64,000 nt of DNA from Bacteroidaceae bacterium (GTDB lineage: Bacteria; Bacteroidota; Bacteroidia; Bacteroidales; Bacteroidaceae): contig CAAGHW010000005.1 in assembly GCA_900769765.1 (NCBI GenBank), forward strand, positions 13,838 through 77,837, read 5' to 3'. The notes beneath the pieces are model-generated. The model searched no databases. It had not been told where the DNA came from and was given only the letters and a program-made list of their open reading frames with translations. Both the position numbers and the translations under genes were made by a program. Shown here piece by piece: positions 53,673-62,054 of this stretch (position 1 is the stretch's first letter; the number at the start of each line of letters is the position of its first letter).

Positions 53673-54668
53673 ATGAAAAGGCTCACTGAATATCTCAATT
53701 CAAATTTCATAGAGGCAGCCAATGCACTGCGACCAAAGAGAGCTGCACAACGCATCATAGCATACGTCGAGAGCTATGATGACATATCTTTCTGGCGTTC
53801 GGTATTTAACGAATACGAAAGCGACAAGGTACATTTCGAGATAATGTTGCCTGCACGCACCAAACTCACAAAAGGCAAGAAACAGGCAATGATGAACTTG
53901 CTTGGCAAGGCATACGGCCGTAACATGATAGCCTGCGTGGACAGCGACTACGACTACTTGTTGCAAGGTGCTACAAGCACATCGCGACAGATGCTCGAGA
54001 ACAGATACATACTGCACACATACGCCTACTCAATAGAGAACTTCCGCTGCTATGCCGACAGCCTGAAACAGGTTTGCGTGCTATGCACACAGAACGACAC
54101 TAACGTAATAGATTTCAAAGAGTTCTTCAAACTGTACTCGCGCATATGCTACCCGTTGTTCGCATGGAACATACTGCTATACCGCAAGCACGACACCAAG
54201 ACAATGAGCATGCTCAAGTTCTGCGACATTGTACGCCTGACATCGTTCACAACAGGCAACCCTGCATACTCACTGCAACAGCTGAGCAACCGCGTGAACC
54301 ATAATATTGCACTTTTAGAGAAAGGATTCCCCGAGCTGATAAAGGAATGCGAATATCTAAAACAAGAACTCGAGCAGCTTGGCATTCACCCCGACGAGAC
54401 ATATTTTTATATACAGGGACACCATATAATGAATGGTGTTGTATTGCGAGTGATGCAACCAGTATGCCGACACCTGCGTAGCAAACGCGAAGAGGAGATA
54501 GAACGCTACGCATACCACCGCCAACAATACAACAACGAGCTGGCATCGTACCGCCATAGCCAATGCGATGTAGCGATGATGCTGAGCAAGAACACCGACT
54601 ACAAGAACGCGACGCCCTATCTGAGATTAAAGACAGATATTGAAAAGCTGTTGGAAACAATAAAATAA
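53673..54668 (+). CDS. DUF4435 (Toprim/OLD-nuclease-like) domain protein, candidate AriB-like effector
   Basis: 331 aa. Motif series AYVESYDD (Glu33), ACVDSDYD (Asp90/92/94) and YAYSIENF (Glu122), as I remember for DUF4435. Starts 17 nt after the ATPase stop. Confidence 0.8.
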   Translation: MKRLTEYLNSNFIEAANALRPKRAAQRIIAYVESYDDISFWRSVFNEYESDKVHFEIMLPARTKLTKGKKQAMMNLLGKAYGRNMIACVDSDYDYLLQGATSTSRQMLENRYILHTYAYSIENFRCYADSLKQVCVLCTQNDTNVIDFKEFFKLYSRICYPLFAWNILLYRKHDTKTMSMLKFCDIVRLTSFTTGNPAYSLQQLSNRVNHNIALLEKGFPELIKECEYLKQELEQLGIHPDETYFYIQGHHIMNGVVLRVMQPVCRHLRSKREEEIERYAYHRQQYNNELASYRHSQCDVAMMLSKNTDYKNATPYLRLKTDIEKLLETIK

Positions 54669-54702
54669 ATGAGATGAAGTTGAATTCAACTTCATCTCAT
54701 TT
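54667..54702. terminator. 36-nt perfect palindrome; bidirectional terminator after the DUF4435 gene and the convergent lipoprotein gene
   Basis: AAATGAGATGAAGTTGAA/TTCAACTTCATCTCATTT, followed by ATTTTG. Confidence 0.65.
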
Positions 54703-54720
54703 ATTTTGATATTAAATCTT

Positions 54721-55413
54721 TCATTTACATACAGGGCGAACTGGGCGGCCGTTACAACGGTCACCTGTATTATTGTTTGCTGATGGATAACCACTATAAA
54801 AATATAAGACTAAAGCATGACGGTCTATTTCACCACGCAAGTTGCATGACCAATAACTTCCTTCTTCACCATCCATGTAACGCCCGTCGTCACTACGATA
54901 ACCTGTAGCAGGAAGAAATATGCTATTGTCGTTGACACGACTCTTTACAACATAGCCATAAACACCGTTTAGGGTAGTCCACTCCCAATCACAGTTTTCT
55001 ACAAGTTCCTTTTGTTCTTCATGGGTTGGCATACGCCAATTGCTGCCCCATTTTACATGAGCCACGTCATCTTCCATATCAAGTACATCTTTACCATCAG
55101 GAGTTCCATAGCTGGTACTGAGGCAATATTTTTTCATAGAACTTGGAGTGTCTCCGCTATATTTATAGTATTCCCAGTCATATATTGCCTTTTCCTCGGT
55201 CTCGCCCCAAGCAAAATAGCCACCGAACTCTTCGGGCACTGTCGCACCGACATTACATGAAGCCCATTTCAAGCCACTTGGCAAGCCGAGATCAACAGCC
55301 ACATAAGGTGAGGCAGGAGGAGTATAACCATCTTCATCACCGGTGTTACAAGAAACAATAAACAAAGAGAGAGTCATTATAAACCCGAAAGAGAATAAAA
55401 ATACTTTTTTCAT
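54721..55413 (-). CDS. lipoprotein with DUF1566 / FISUMP-like (Fibrobacter major paralogous domain-like) fold
   Basis: 230 aa. Lipobox LFIVSC. GLKWASCNVGA, YFAWGE, WRMPTHEEQKEL, GSYWS and C-terminal GRPVRPVCK resemble that family. Confidence 0.7.
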   Translation of the reverse strand: MKKVFLFSFGFIMTLSLFIVSCNTGDEDGYTPPASPYVAVDLGLPSGLKWASCNVGATVPEEFGGYFAWGETEEKAIYDWEYYKYSGDTPSSMKKYCLSTSYGTPDGKDVLDMEDDVAHVKWGSNWRMPTHEEQKELVENCDWEWTTLNGVYGYVVKSRVNDNSIFLPATGYRSDDGRYMDGEEGSYWSCNLRGEIDRHALVLYFYSGYPSANNNTGDRCNGRPVRPVCK

Positions 55414-55484
55414 AATTGATTATATTTAATTGATTGTTTTTGGCACAAAAAAGACAATAAGCCGAAGCGTAAACATCGACAACG

Positions 55485-55515
55485 CAAATATAGGATATTG
55501 CATTATCTTAACAAA
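55485..55515 (-). promoter_or_regulatory. promoter TTTG-N19-TATATTTG for the lipoprotein gene
   Basis: On the minus strand: -33 TTTG (55512-55515) and -7 TATATTTG (55485-55492), about 70 nt upstream of the ATG at 55413. Confidence 0.5.
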
Positions 55516-55542
55516 GTTTTTCAAAAAAAACATCTTCGAGCA

Positions 55543-55564
55543 GGCGAACCCTGCCCCTACGGTG
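55543..55564 (+). repeat. GC-rich repeat copy 1 (GGCGAACCCTGCCCCTACGGTG)
   Basis: 17 of 22 nt identical to 56078-56099. Shared core GCCCCTACGGT. Confidence 0.6.
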
Positions 55565-55589
55565 GCGCAATCCACAATTGCGTACGCTC

Positions 55590-55611
55590 GGGCAGACACG
55601 CTGGTCTGCCC
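55590..55611. repeat. REP-like GC-rich hairpin GGGCAGAC-ACGCTG-GTCTGCCC
   Basis: 8-bp perfect stem followed by ATAC. A degenerate relative, GGGCGGACGGACCCTG, lies at 55639-55654. Confidence 0.6.
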
Positions 55612-55768
55612 ATACAATAGACGACTGTTGCATGATTTGGGCGGACGGACCCTGTTTTCAATCTCCTTCCGCAACTTCGTTGCTCGCCTCTCTTACACGC
55701 AAGAGGGACAGTTTATTTACGCGTACAAGTGTAATCCCCAAAATTAAACCGGCACCGTTTGAGAAACA

Positions 55769-55890
55769 GTTATTATTAGTGGCAAATCAGGAAAAGAATG
55801 GGGGATGTCTGAGCGGTGTGTTATGCGTTGCTGGAAATTAGCGTAAAGCGAGTTACCCCATTCCCTGATTTGCCACGTTAAGATAATAAC
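55769..55890. repeat. 122-nt composite inverted repeat / long hairpin (8+13+8 bp helices, 51-nt loop)
   Basis: - Left arm: GTTATTAT-TA-GTGGCAAATCAGG-AAAA-GAATGGGG.
- Right arm: CCCCATTC-CCTGATTTGCCAC-GTTAAG-ATAATAAC. Confidence 0.7.
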
Positions 55891-55979
55891 GGCAAGCGAA
55901 AAGCGAATGAGTGACGTTGTTTACAACTCACGAGCAAGAGCTTTGAGCGACTTTCGAAACTGTGTGCCGGGCGCTTTTG

Positions 55980-56004
55980 TTACTTTTCACGCGATGAAAA
56001 GTAA
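55980..56004. repeat. 10-bp-stem hairpin TTACTTTTCA-CGCGA-TGAAAAGTAA
   Basis: Direct reading. No flanking U-run on either strand. Confidence 0.5.
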
Positions 56005-56072
56005 AGAGAGAAAGACTACAAAAAGAATATAAGACAAAGGTGTAAAGGTTAAAAGTTGCGGTAAAATATATT

Positions 56073-56099
56073 GGGCGGGCCGACCCCGCCCCTACGGTT
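56073..56099 (-). terminator. GC-rich hairpin GGGCGGG-CCGAC-CCCGCCC plus repeat copy 2; plausible trkH terminator
   Basis: On the minus strand the hairpin is followed by AATATATTTT, about 80 nt after the trkH stop. It contains repeat copy 2 (56078-56099). Confidence 0.45.
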
Positions 56100-56178
56100 A
56101 CGATAAACAAGATAACTACGATTACTGCGTTTGCCTACCTACGGCGGATTTTTTCTGTATTCAAGAATTGGCAATACC

Positions 56179-57636
56179 TTATCTCTTTTTCCAGAAAACC
56201 GGTGTCAGCAACAACAGCACCGCAAAGAATTCAAGACGGCCAACGAGCATCTGGAATGCGCTGAACCATTTTACAAAACAAGGCAACGTTGCAAAAGAGT
56301 CCATTGGACCATAGTGACCGAGCGCAGGGCCTACATTACCCACCGAAGCGACTGAAAGTCCGAACGAGTCAAGGAAATCCATACCGAAACACATATTCAC
56401 CACAAGACCTATAATAAGCATGAATATGTATATGACGGTATAGGCAAGTATTGCCGACTGCACTGATGTGGGAACAACCTTGCCTGCCATACGCACAGGG
56501 ATAACGGCATTGGGGTGCACAATGCGTTTGAACTCATTTATCATCACTTTGAACAGTATTGATATGCGCACGCACTTCATGGCTCCCGATGTAGAGCCCG
56601 AACAAGCACCGAAGAACATAAGCGAACAGAGCAAAAGCCACAATATAGGCAACCACAAAACATAATTTGCCGTTGCAAAACCTGTTGTCGTCTGCACCGA
56701 CACCACCTGGAAAAGTGCTGTACGGAACGACAATTCCACATCCGCCGGAGTGGTAAAATAGAGTCCAATGGTTATTGCAATAGTGTATATGACAACAATG
56801 GTTGTATAGGTCTTGGCCTCTGTGTCGCGTAACAACTCCTTAAAGCGGAATTTGAATATGAACAGATAGAGAAGCGACATGTTTATACCGCTAAGGAACA
56901 TGAACAACGTTGTAACATATTCTATCTGCGGAGAGTTAAATGCCGCAATGCTGTCTTGTTTTGTAGAAAATCCACCGGTTGCAATAGTCGACATGGCATG
57001 GCACACAGAATCGAACCATCCCATACCTGCAAAATGATATGATATTGACGCAATCAACGTAAGCCCTACATATATTGTAAGAATCCATCGTGCCGTAACG
57101 GCTATTCGGGGATGCAGCTTTGCACGCATGGGACCTACAGACTCTGCTGCAAAAAGATGTATATCGCTCAAACCGAATATAGGGAATATGGCTACCGTAA
57201 AGAAGATAATACCCAAACCACCTACCCAATGGGTGAGCATGCGCCAGAAGAGAAGTGACTTTGGCAAGGCTTCAATATCCTGCAGAATGGTTGCACCAGT
57301 TGTAGAGAAACCCGACATTGTCTCATAGAAGGCGTCGGTGAAGGTGGGGATATACCCAGTGAGCATATATGGCAATGAGCCGAAAAGCGAGAATATTATC
57401 CAGCAGAGAGTAACCACAATGTAACCGTCCTTACGGGAAATGTTGCGTTCAGTACCGCTGCACAGATATGTAAACAAAGCGCCGACACCCACCATTGTAG
57501 CTATGGATATAAGCAACGGACGCATCACCGGATCATCGTAATACAATGCCACCGGAACACAGCCAAGCAAGAATATCGCTTCGACATAAAGCAACAGACC
57601 TATAATGCGGAATATGATTTTGGGATGAAACATCAC
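56179..57636 (-). CDS. trkH: TrkH-family potassium uptake membrane protein
   Basis: 485 aa, polytopic. Repeated M-P-M selectivity-loop-like motifs (SGFSTTG, TGGFST, TTGFAT). Confidence 0.92.
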   Translation of the reverse strand: MMFHPKIIFRIIGLLLYVEAIFLLGCVPVALYYDDPVMRPLLISIATMVGVGALFTYLCSGTERNISRKDGYIVVTLCWIIFSLFGSLPYMLTGYIPTFTDAFYETMSGFSTTGATILQDIEALPKSLLFWRMLTHWVGGLGIIFFTVAIFPIFGLSDIHLFAAESVGPMRAKLHPRIAVTARWILTIYVGLTLIASISYHFAGMGWFDSVCHAMSTIATGGFSTKQDSIAAFNSPQIEYVTTLFMFLSGINMSLLYLFIFKFRFKELLRDTEAKTYTTIVVIYTIAITIGLYFTTPADVELSFRTALFQVVSVQTTTGFATANYVLWLPILWLLLCSLMFFGACSGSTSGAMKCVRISILFKVMINEFKRIVHPNAVIPVRMAGKVVPTSVQSAILAYTVIYIFMLIIGLVVNMCFGMDFLDSFGLSVASVGNVGPALGHYGPMDSFATLPCFVKWFSAFQMLVGRLEFFAVLLLLTPVFWKKR

Positions 57637-58970
57637 TTAAAGAATTTTTCGAGTTTCTTCAGTACGTGCTCACGACAGAATACTATGACATGGTCACCTG
57701 CCTGCACCATAGTGTTACCCGTAACATGCATACCGTCGCCGTTACGTATGAGACCACCGATATTTGCTCCCTCGGGCAGGCCAAGATTCTTGACCGGTTT
57801 CCTTGTGATGTAGCATCCTTCCCTGACGGGGAATTCGGCTACAACAGCCTCAATGAAGGTGAGACATTTGACACTGAGCACATCGGTATTGAGCAACATC
57901 TGGAAAATTGTACTTGCGGCAATCTTCTTTTTATTGATAACAGAACCGATATCCATGCTCTCGGCCATAGAGATATAGTCGATATTCTCAATCTCGGATA
58001 TTGTACGGAACACTCCGCCACGCTTTGCAGCCATGCAGGCAAGGATATTCGTCTCGGAGCTGTCACCAAGAGCTATAAAGGCGTCGGTGCGGTCTATACC
58101 CTCGCTACGTAGCAGTTCTGGGTCGCGCGCATCACCATTTATTATCATGACCCTGTCATCGACAAGTTCAAGCAACTTATTACAACGGTTAAGGTCGCTC
58201 TCTATAATCTTTACGCTTATATCATCGGGGATGAGATTTGCCGTACGCACTGCTATTCGGCTACCGCCCATTATGATAAGGCTGTTCACCTCGGTAAACT
58301 CCTCTTTACCGCAGATTGTACGCATATACTGTATCTGGTCGCCCGTTGTCATGAAACAGACAAGGTCATTGACCTTTATCATATCATTACCACGCGGTAT
58401 GATTGTTTCGTCGCCACGCTGTATGGCCACCACGTGATAAGGTATGTCATTCGGGAAATCCTTGAAAGGAATATCCTTTATGGTGGCATTCTCCCTTATC
58501 TTGACACCAATCATCACCAATGCACCGTCACCGAACTCAAGCATCTGTCGCATCCAACTGTACTTGATGTTTGTGGCAATCTCCTCTGCCGCAAGCTGTT
58601 CGGGATAGATAAGCGTATCAACGCCCAAAGACTCGAAATAGGCTTTGTGCTTGGGTTGCAGATATTCATAATTGTCGATGCGGGCAATGGTCTTCTTTGC
58701 ACCGAGATAGTGCGCAAGGATACATGCTGTTATGTTACGGCTCTCGTCCGGAGTAACAGCCACAAACAACTCTGCTCCGTCAACACCGGCCGACTTGAGT
58801 GCCGATATTTTTGTAGGGTCACCCACAATAGCCTGCAAGTCGAAAAGCGACTCCATCTTACCGAGCTTCTCCTCGCTCTCGTCGAGCAGAACGACATTCT
58901 CGTTTTCTACAGAAAGCATCTTTGCCAAGTGTGTGCCTACGGCACCGGCACCGGCGATAACAATTCTCAT
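57633..58970 (-). CDS. trkA: Trk system potassium uptake protein TrkA
   Basis: 445 aa. Two RCK/NAD-binding halves ([16 protein letters not shown]). 4-nt overlaps with both dxs and trkH. Confidence 0.93.
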   Translation of the reverse strand: MRIVIAGAGAVGTHLAKMLSVENENVVLLDESEEKLGKMESLFDLQAIVGDPTKISALKSAGVDGAELFVAVTPDESRNITACILAHYLGAKKTIARIDNYEYLQPKHKAYFESLGVDTLIYPEQLAAEEIATNIKYSWMRQMLEFGDGALVMIGVKIRENATIKDIPFKDFPNDIPYHVVAIQRGDETIIPRGNDMIKVNDLVCFMTTGDQIQYMRTICGKEEFTEVNSLIIMGGSRIAVRTANLIPDDISVKIIESDLNRCNKLLELVDDRVMIINGDARDPELLRSEGIDRTDAFIALGDSSETNILACMAAKRGGVFRTISEIENIDYISMAESMDIGSVINKKKIAASTIFQMLLNTDVLSVKCLTFIEAVVAEFPVREGCYITRKPVKNLGLPEGANIGGLIRNGDGMHVTGNTMVQAGDHVIVFCREHVLKKLEKFFK

Positions 58971-60862
58971 AACTCCTTAAATTTTAGGATAGTACTCAAT
59001 ACACTATCTTTATCCATACCGCATACGCGATACAACTCCTCGGGGGTTCCATGTTCGACGAACTGGTCGGGAATACCCATTACCTTTATAGCGGGGGTAT
59101 ATCCGTTCTCGGCCATATATTCGACAACGGCACTTCCCAAACCGCCATTGACGCAACCGTCCTCCAGGGTAACTACATATTTGAACTTCTCGCCTACCTC
59201 GCGAAGAATATCCGTATCTATCGGTTTCAGGAAACGCATATCGTAATGCGCAACACTTACGCCCTGTTTTTCAGCCTCGTCGATTACGCTCTCCATAACC
59301 TTGCCTATAGGGCCTATTGTAAGGAAAGCCACATCATTGCCCTTACGCATCATACGTCCCTTACCGACCTCGACGGCCTCGAGCGGACAACGCCAATCGA
59401 CAAGCGAGCCTTTTCCGCGTGGATAACGGATGACAAAAGCACCCATATCGGGCTGAACAGCCGTAAACATAAGCCTGCGCAATTCACATTCGTCGTATGG
59501 CGATGATATAGTAAGATTCGGTATAGGACGCAGATATGCAAGGTCGAATGCTCCATGATGCGTTGGACCATCCTCGCCCACAATACCGGCTCTGTCAAGA
59601 CAAAGAACAAAGTTCAGACGTTGCAATGCAACATCGTGTATAAGATTGTCGTAACCGCGCTGCATGAACGATGAGTATATGTTGCAGAACGGAATAGAAC
59701 CGCCCTTTGCCAAGCCTGCCGAGAATGTGACAGCATGTCCTTCGGCTATACCGACATCAAAGAAACGCTCAGGCAACTCGTTCATAAGTTTGTTCATGGA
59801 ACAGCCTGTAGGCATAGCCGGCGTAATACCTATGATTCGTTCATCGGCCTTTGCCAGTTCCACAAGCGTTTCACCAAAGACATCCTGGAAACGCGGTGAG
59901 CCACCTTCGGAAACAATGCGTTCACCTGTCTCTATATCAAACACACCGGGTTGATGCCATACGGTAGCGTTCTTTTCGGCAGGTTCCCAGCCTTTACCTT
60001 TTGTGGTATGTATATGCAACATACGGGGGCCTGTCATATCCTTTATACTGCGCAACATGTGTACAAGTTCGTGTACGTCATGACCGTTTACAGGGCCGAA
60101 ATAGCGGGCACTCATTCCCTCGAACACATTACGTTGACGGAAGAGCATTGCCTTAAGACCGTTGTTGAAACGAATAAGGGCATTTGCACGCTGTTCGTTC
60201 AACAGACCCACCTTACGCAACCCCTTTGCAATGGCATAACGTATCTTGTTATATGCCCTTGACGAGTGCATGGATATAAGCAACTGACTCATACCGCCGA
60301 CACTCTTGTCGATAGACATGTTGTTGTCGTTAAGGATAACAAGCAGATTATTGGGAGTGTTCGACAGATTGTTCAGTCCCTCGTATGCCAGACCTCCGCT
60401 CATGGAACCGTCACCAATAACGGCAACCACATGTTCGTTGCGACCTTGCAGCTTGGCCGATACCGACAAGCCCAACGCCGCCGATATGGAGTTTGAAGCA
60501 TGACCGGCAACGAATGAATCATATTCACTCTCGTCGGGAGAGGGGAACGGCTTTATACCGCCGAACTTGCGGTTGGTATGGAAACGGTCTCTGCGGCCGG
60601 TAAGAATCTTATGGCTATAGGCCTGATGACCCACATCCCATACAAGCTTGTCTTCGGGAGTGGAAAAGACATAATGCAAGGCAACAGTCAACTCCACCGA
60701 ACCGAGACTCGATGCGAAGTGACCTGGATTGTTGGCCAATGAATCTATTATAAAGTTCCTGAGTTCAGCACACACCTGCGGCAACATCTTTTCAGGCAAC
60801 TGTCTGAGGTCGGCAGGTGAATCTATTTTGCTAAGCAAAGGATATTTTGTCAAGTTTTCCAT
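58967..60862 (-). CDS. dxs: 1-deoxy-D-xylulose-5-phosphate synthase
   Basis: 631 aa. [29 protein letters not shown] (TPP motif). Confidence 0.96.
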   Translation of the reverse strand: MENLTKYPLLSKIDSPADLRQLPEKMLPQVCAELRNFIIDSLANNPGHFASSLGSVELTVALHYVFSTPEDKLVWDVGHQAYSHKILTGRRDRFHTNRKFGGIKPFPSPDESEYDSFVAGHASNSISAALGLSVSAKLQGRNEHVVAVIGDGSMSGGLAYEGLNNLSNTPNNLLVILNDNNMSIDKSVGGMSQLLISMHSSRAYNKIRYAIAKGLRKVGLLNEQRANALIRFNNGLKAMLFRQRNVFEGMSARYFGPVNGHDVHELVHMLRSIKDMTGPRMLHIHTTKGKGWEPAEKNATVWHQPGVFDIETGERIVSEGGSPRFQDVFGETLVELAKADERIIGITPAMPTGCSMNKLMNELPERFFDVGIAEGHAVTFSAGLAKGGSIPFCNIYSSFMQRGYDNLIHDVALQRLNFVLCLDRAGIVGEDGPTHHGAFDLAYLRPIPNLTISSPYDECELRRLMFTAVQPDMGAFVIRYPRGKGSLVDWRCPLEAVEVGKGRMMRKGNDVAFLTIGPIGKVMESVIDEAEKQGVSVAHYDMRFLKPIDTDILREVGEKFKYVVTLEDGCVNGGLGSAVVEYMAENGYTPAIKVMGIPDQFVEHGTPEELYRVCGMDKDSVLSTILKFKEL

Positions 60863-60909
60863 TTTGTGAATATTTTACAGCGGGCACAATAAATATCCGC
60901 TATAATCCG

Positions 60910-60917
60910 CAAATATA
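60910..60917 (-). promoter_or_regulatory. candidate -7 box TATATTTG for dxs-trkA-trkH
   Basis: TAnnTTTG match about 48 nt upstream of the dxs ATG. Confidence 0.35.
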
Positions 60918-61011
60918 ATATTTTAAAACATATTTACAGCAAAAATGCCATAAACAAGCATATCATGTACAATTTCCGTACAAAGATACTATATTTCTTA
61001 ATGAAGTTGAC

Positions 61012-61019
61012 TATTTTTG
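61012..61019 (+). promoter_or_regulatory. candidate -7 box TATTTTTG for the GSCFA gene
   Basis: TAnnTTTG match 37 nt upstream of the ATG at 61056. Confidence 0.35.
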
Positions 61020-61055
61020 TGATTGTAATTACGAAAATCGACACTCATCAATACA

Positions 61056-62054
61056 ATGATACGCTTCAGGACTGAAACAGAGCTCCCTACCGGCAAATAC
61101 AGGATAAGCCACAGAAACAATCTGCTGCTTGCCGGTTCGTGCTTTGCCGACAACATAGGAAGTATGCTTGCCGACAGGAAATTCAACATTGGAATAAACC
61201 CTTTCGGCATATTGTACAATCCTTTATCCATAGCCACGATGCTGACACGCATCATCGAGGGCAAGCCCTTTACGGCTGATTCGCCTGAGCTGTTTGAGCA
61301 CAACGGCAAATGGCACAGCATACTGCATCATGGCGATTTCTCGCGCAACACAAAAGAGGAGCTATTGGAAATTCTCAACAAACGTATTCAAGAGAGTCAC
61401 AAAAGAGCCGTCGGTTGCGATACCGTAATAATCACCTTTGGAACGGCATACGCATACATACGCAAAGACGACGGAGTTGTTGCCGGCAACTGCCACAAGC
61501 TGCCCACAGAGACCTTTACACGCCGTCTGCTCGGTATTGATGAGATTGTGGACACGACGGCAGAGGTCATCAATGCATACCGCAAGTACTACCCCGACAT
61601 AAAGTTCATGTTTACGGTGAGCCCGATACGCCACTTGCGCGACGGGGCACACGACAACCAGAAGAGCAAGGCGACTCTGTTGCTTGCCATAGACAAGATT
61701 CAGTCCCTGTTCCCTGAAAATACATTATATTTCCCGGCATACGAGATTGTACTTGACGAGCTACGCGATTACCGATTCTATGCCGAAGACATGGTACACC
61801 CCTCGGCGGTGGCTGTCGAATACATCTGGGAATGTTTCGGCAGATGCTATTTCGACAACGGCACACAAAGGTTGAACGAAGAGATAGAAACCGTCATACG
61901 CGCCATTGGGCACCGTCCTTTAGATGCCGAATCGGAGGGTTACAAGAACTTCCTACGCAACTTATTGGACAAAATTGGAGCGATTGAAGAAAAATATTCG
62001 TATATTGACTTCGAAAATGAAAAAACGCGATGCAGTACACTATTGAAGATATAA
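61056..62054 (+). CDS. GSCFA-domain protein (SGNH-hydrolase-like, function unknown)
   Basis: 332 aa. Contains the literal family motif LLAGSCFADNIG near the N-terminus. Confidence 0.85.
   Translation: MIRFRTETELPTGKYRISHRNNLLLAGSCFADNIGSMLADRKFNIGINPFGILYNPLSIATMLTRIIEGKPFTADSPELFEHNGKWHSILHHGDFSRNTKEELLEILNKRIQESHKRAVGCDTVIITFGTAYAYIRKDDGVVAGNCHKLPTETFTRRLLGIDEIVDTTAEVINAYRKYYPDIKFMFTVSPIRHLRDGAHDNQKSKATLLLAIDKIQSLFPENTLYFPAYEIVLDELRDYRFYAEDMVHPSAVAVEYIWECFGRCYFDNGTQRLNEEIETVIRAIGHRPLDAESEGYKNFLRNLLDKIGAIEEKYSYIDFENEKTRCSTLLKI

Noticed and set aside
55426-56110. Short ORFs (60-105 aa) in the 55.4-56.2 kb gap
   Set aside because: Their translations run through the GC-rich palindromes (for example TVGAGFA and TVGAGSA arise from the repeat itself). 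They overlap each other on both strands and lack start contexts. I treat the region as non-coding.
55414-56178. Possibility of a tRNA, tmRNA, RNase P RNA or SRP RNA in the large gap
   Set aside because: I could not find a T-loop GGTTCGAAT-type motif, a tmRNA 5' GGGG.../tag ORF with a 3' CCA end, or the RNase P GGAAAGTCCGGGC-type core. A covariance-model search (Rfam cmsearch) would be needed to exclude other ncRNAs.
58434-59246. 270-aa plus-strand ORF across the trkA/dxs junction. Similar long shadow ORFs lie at 48273-49070, 17570-18298, 9355-10020, 32646-33407, 50152-50784 and 39220-39729.
   Set aside because: All lie antisense to, or out of frame within, genes with strong family signatures. 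None has independent support.
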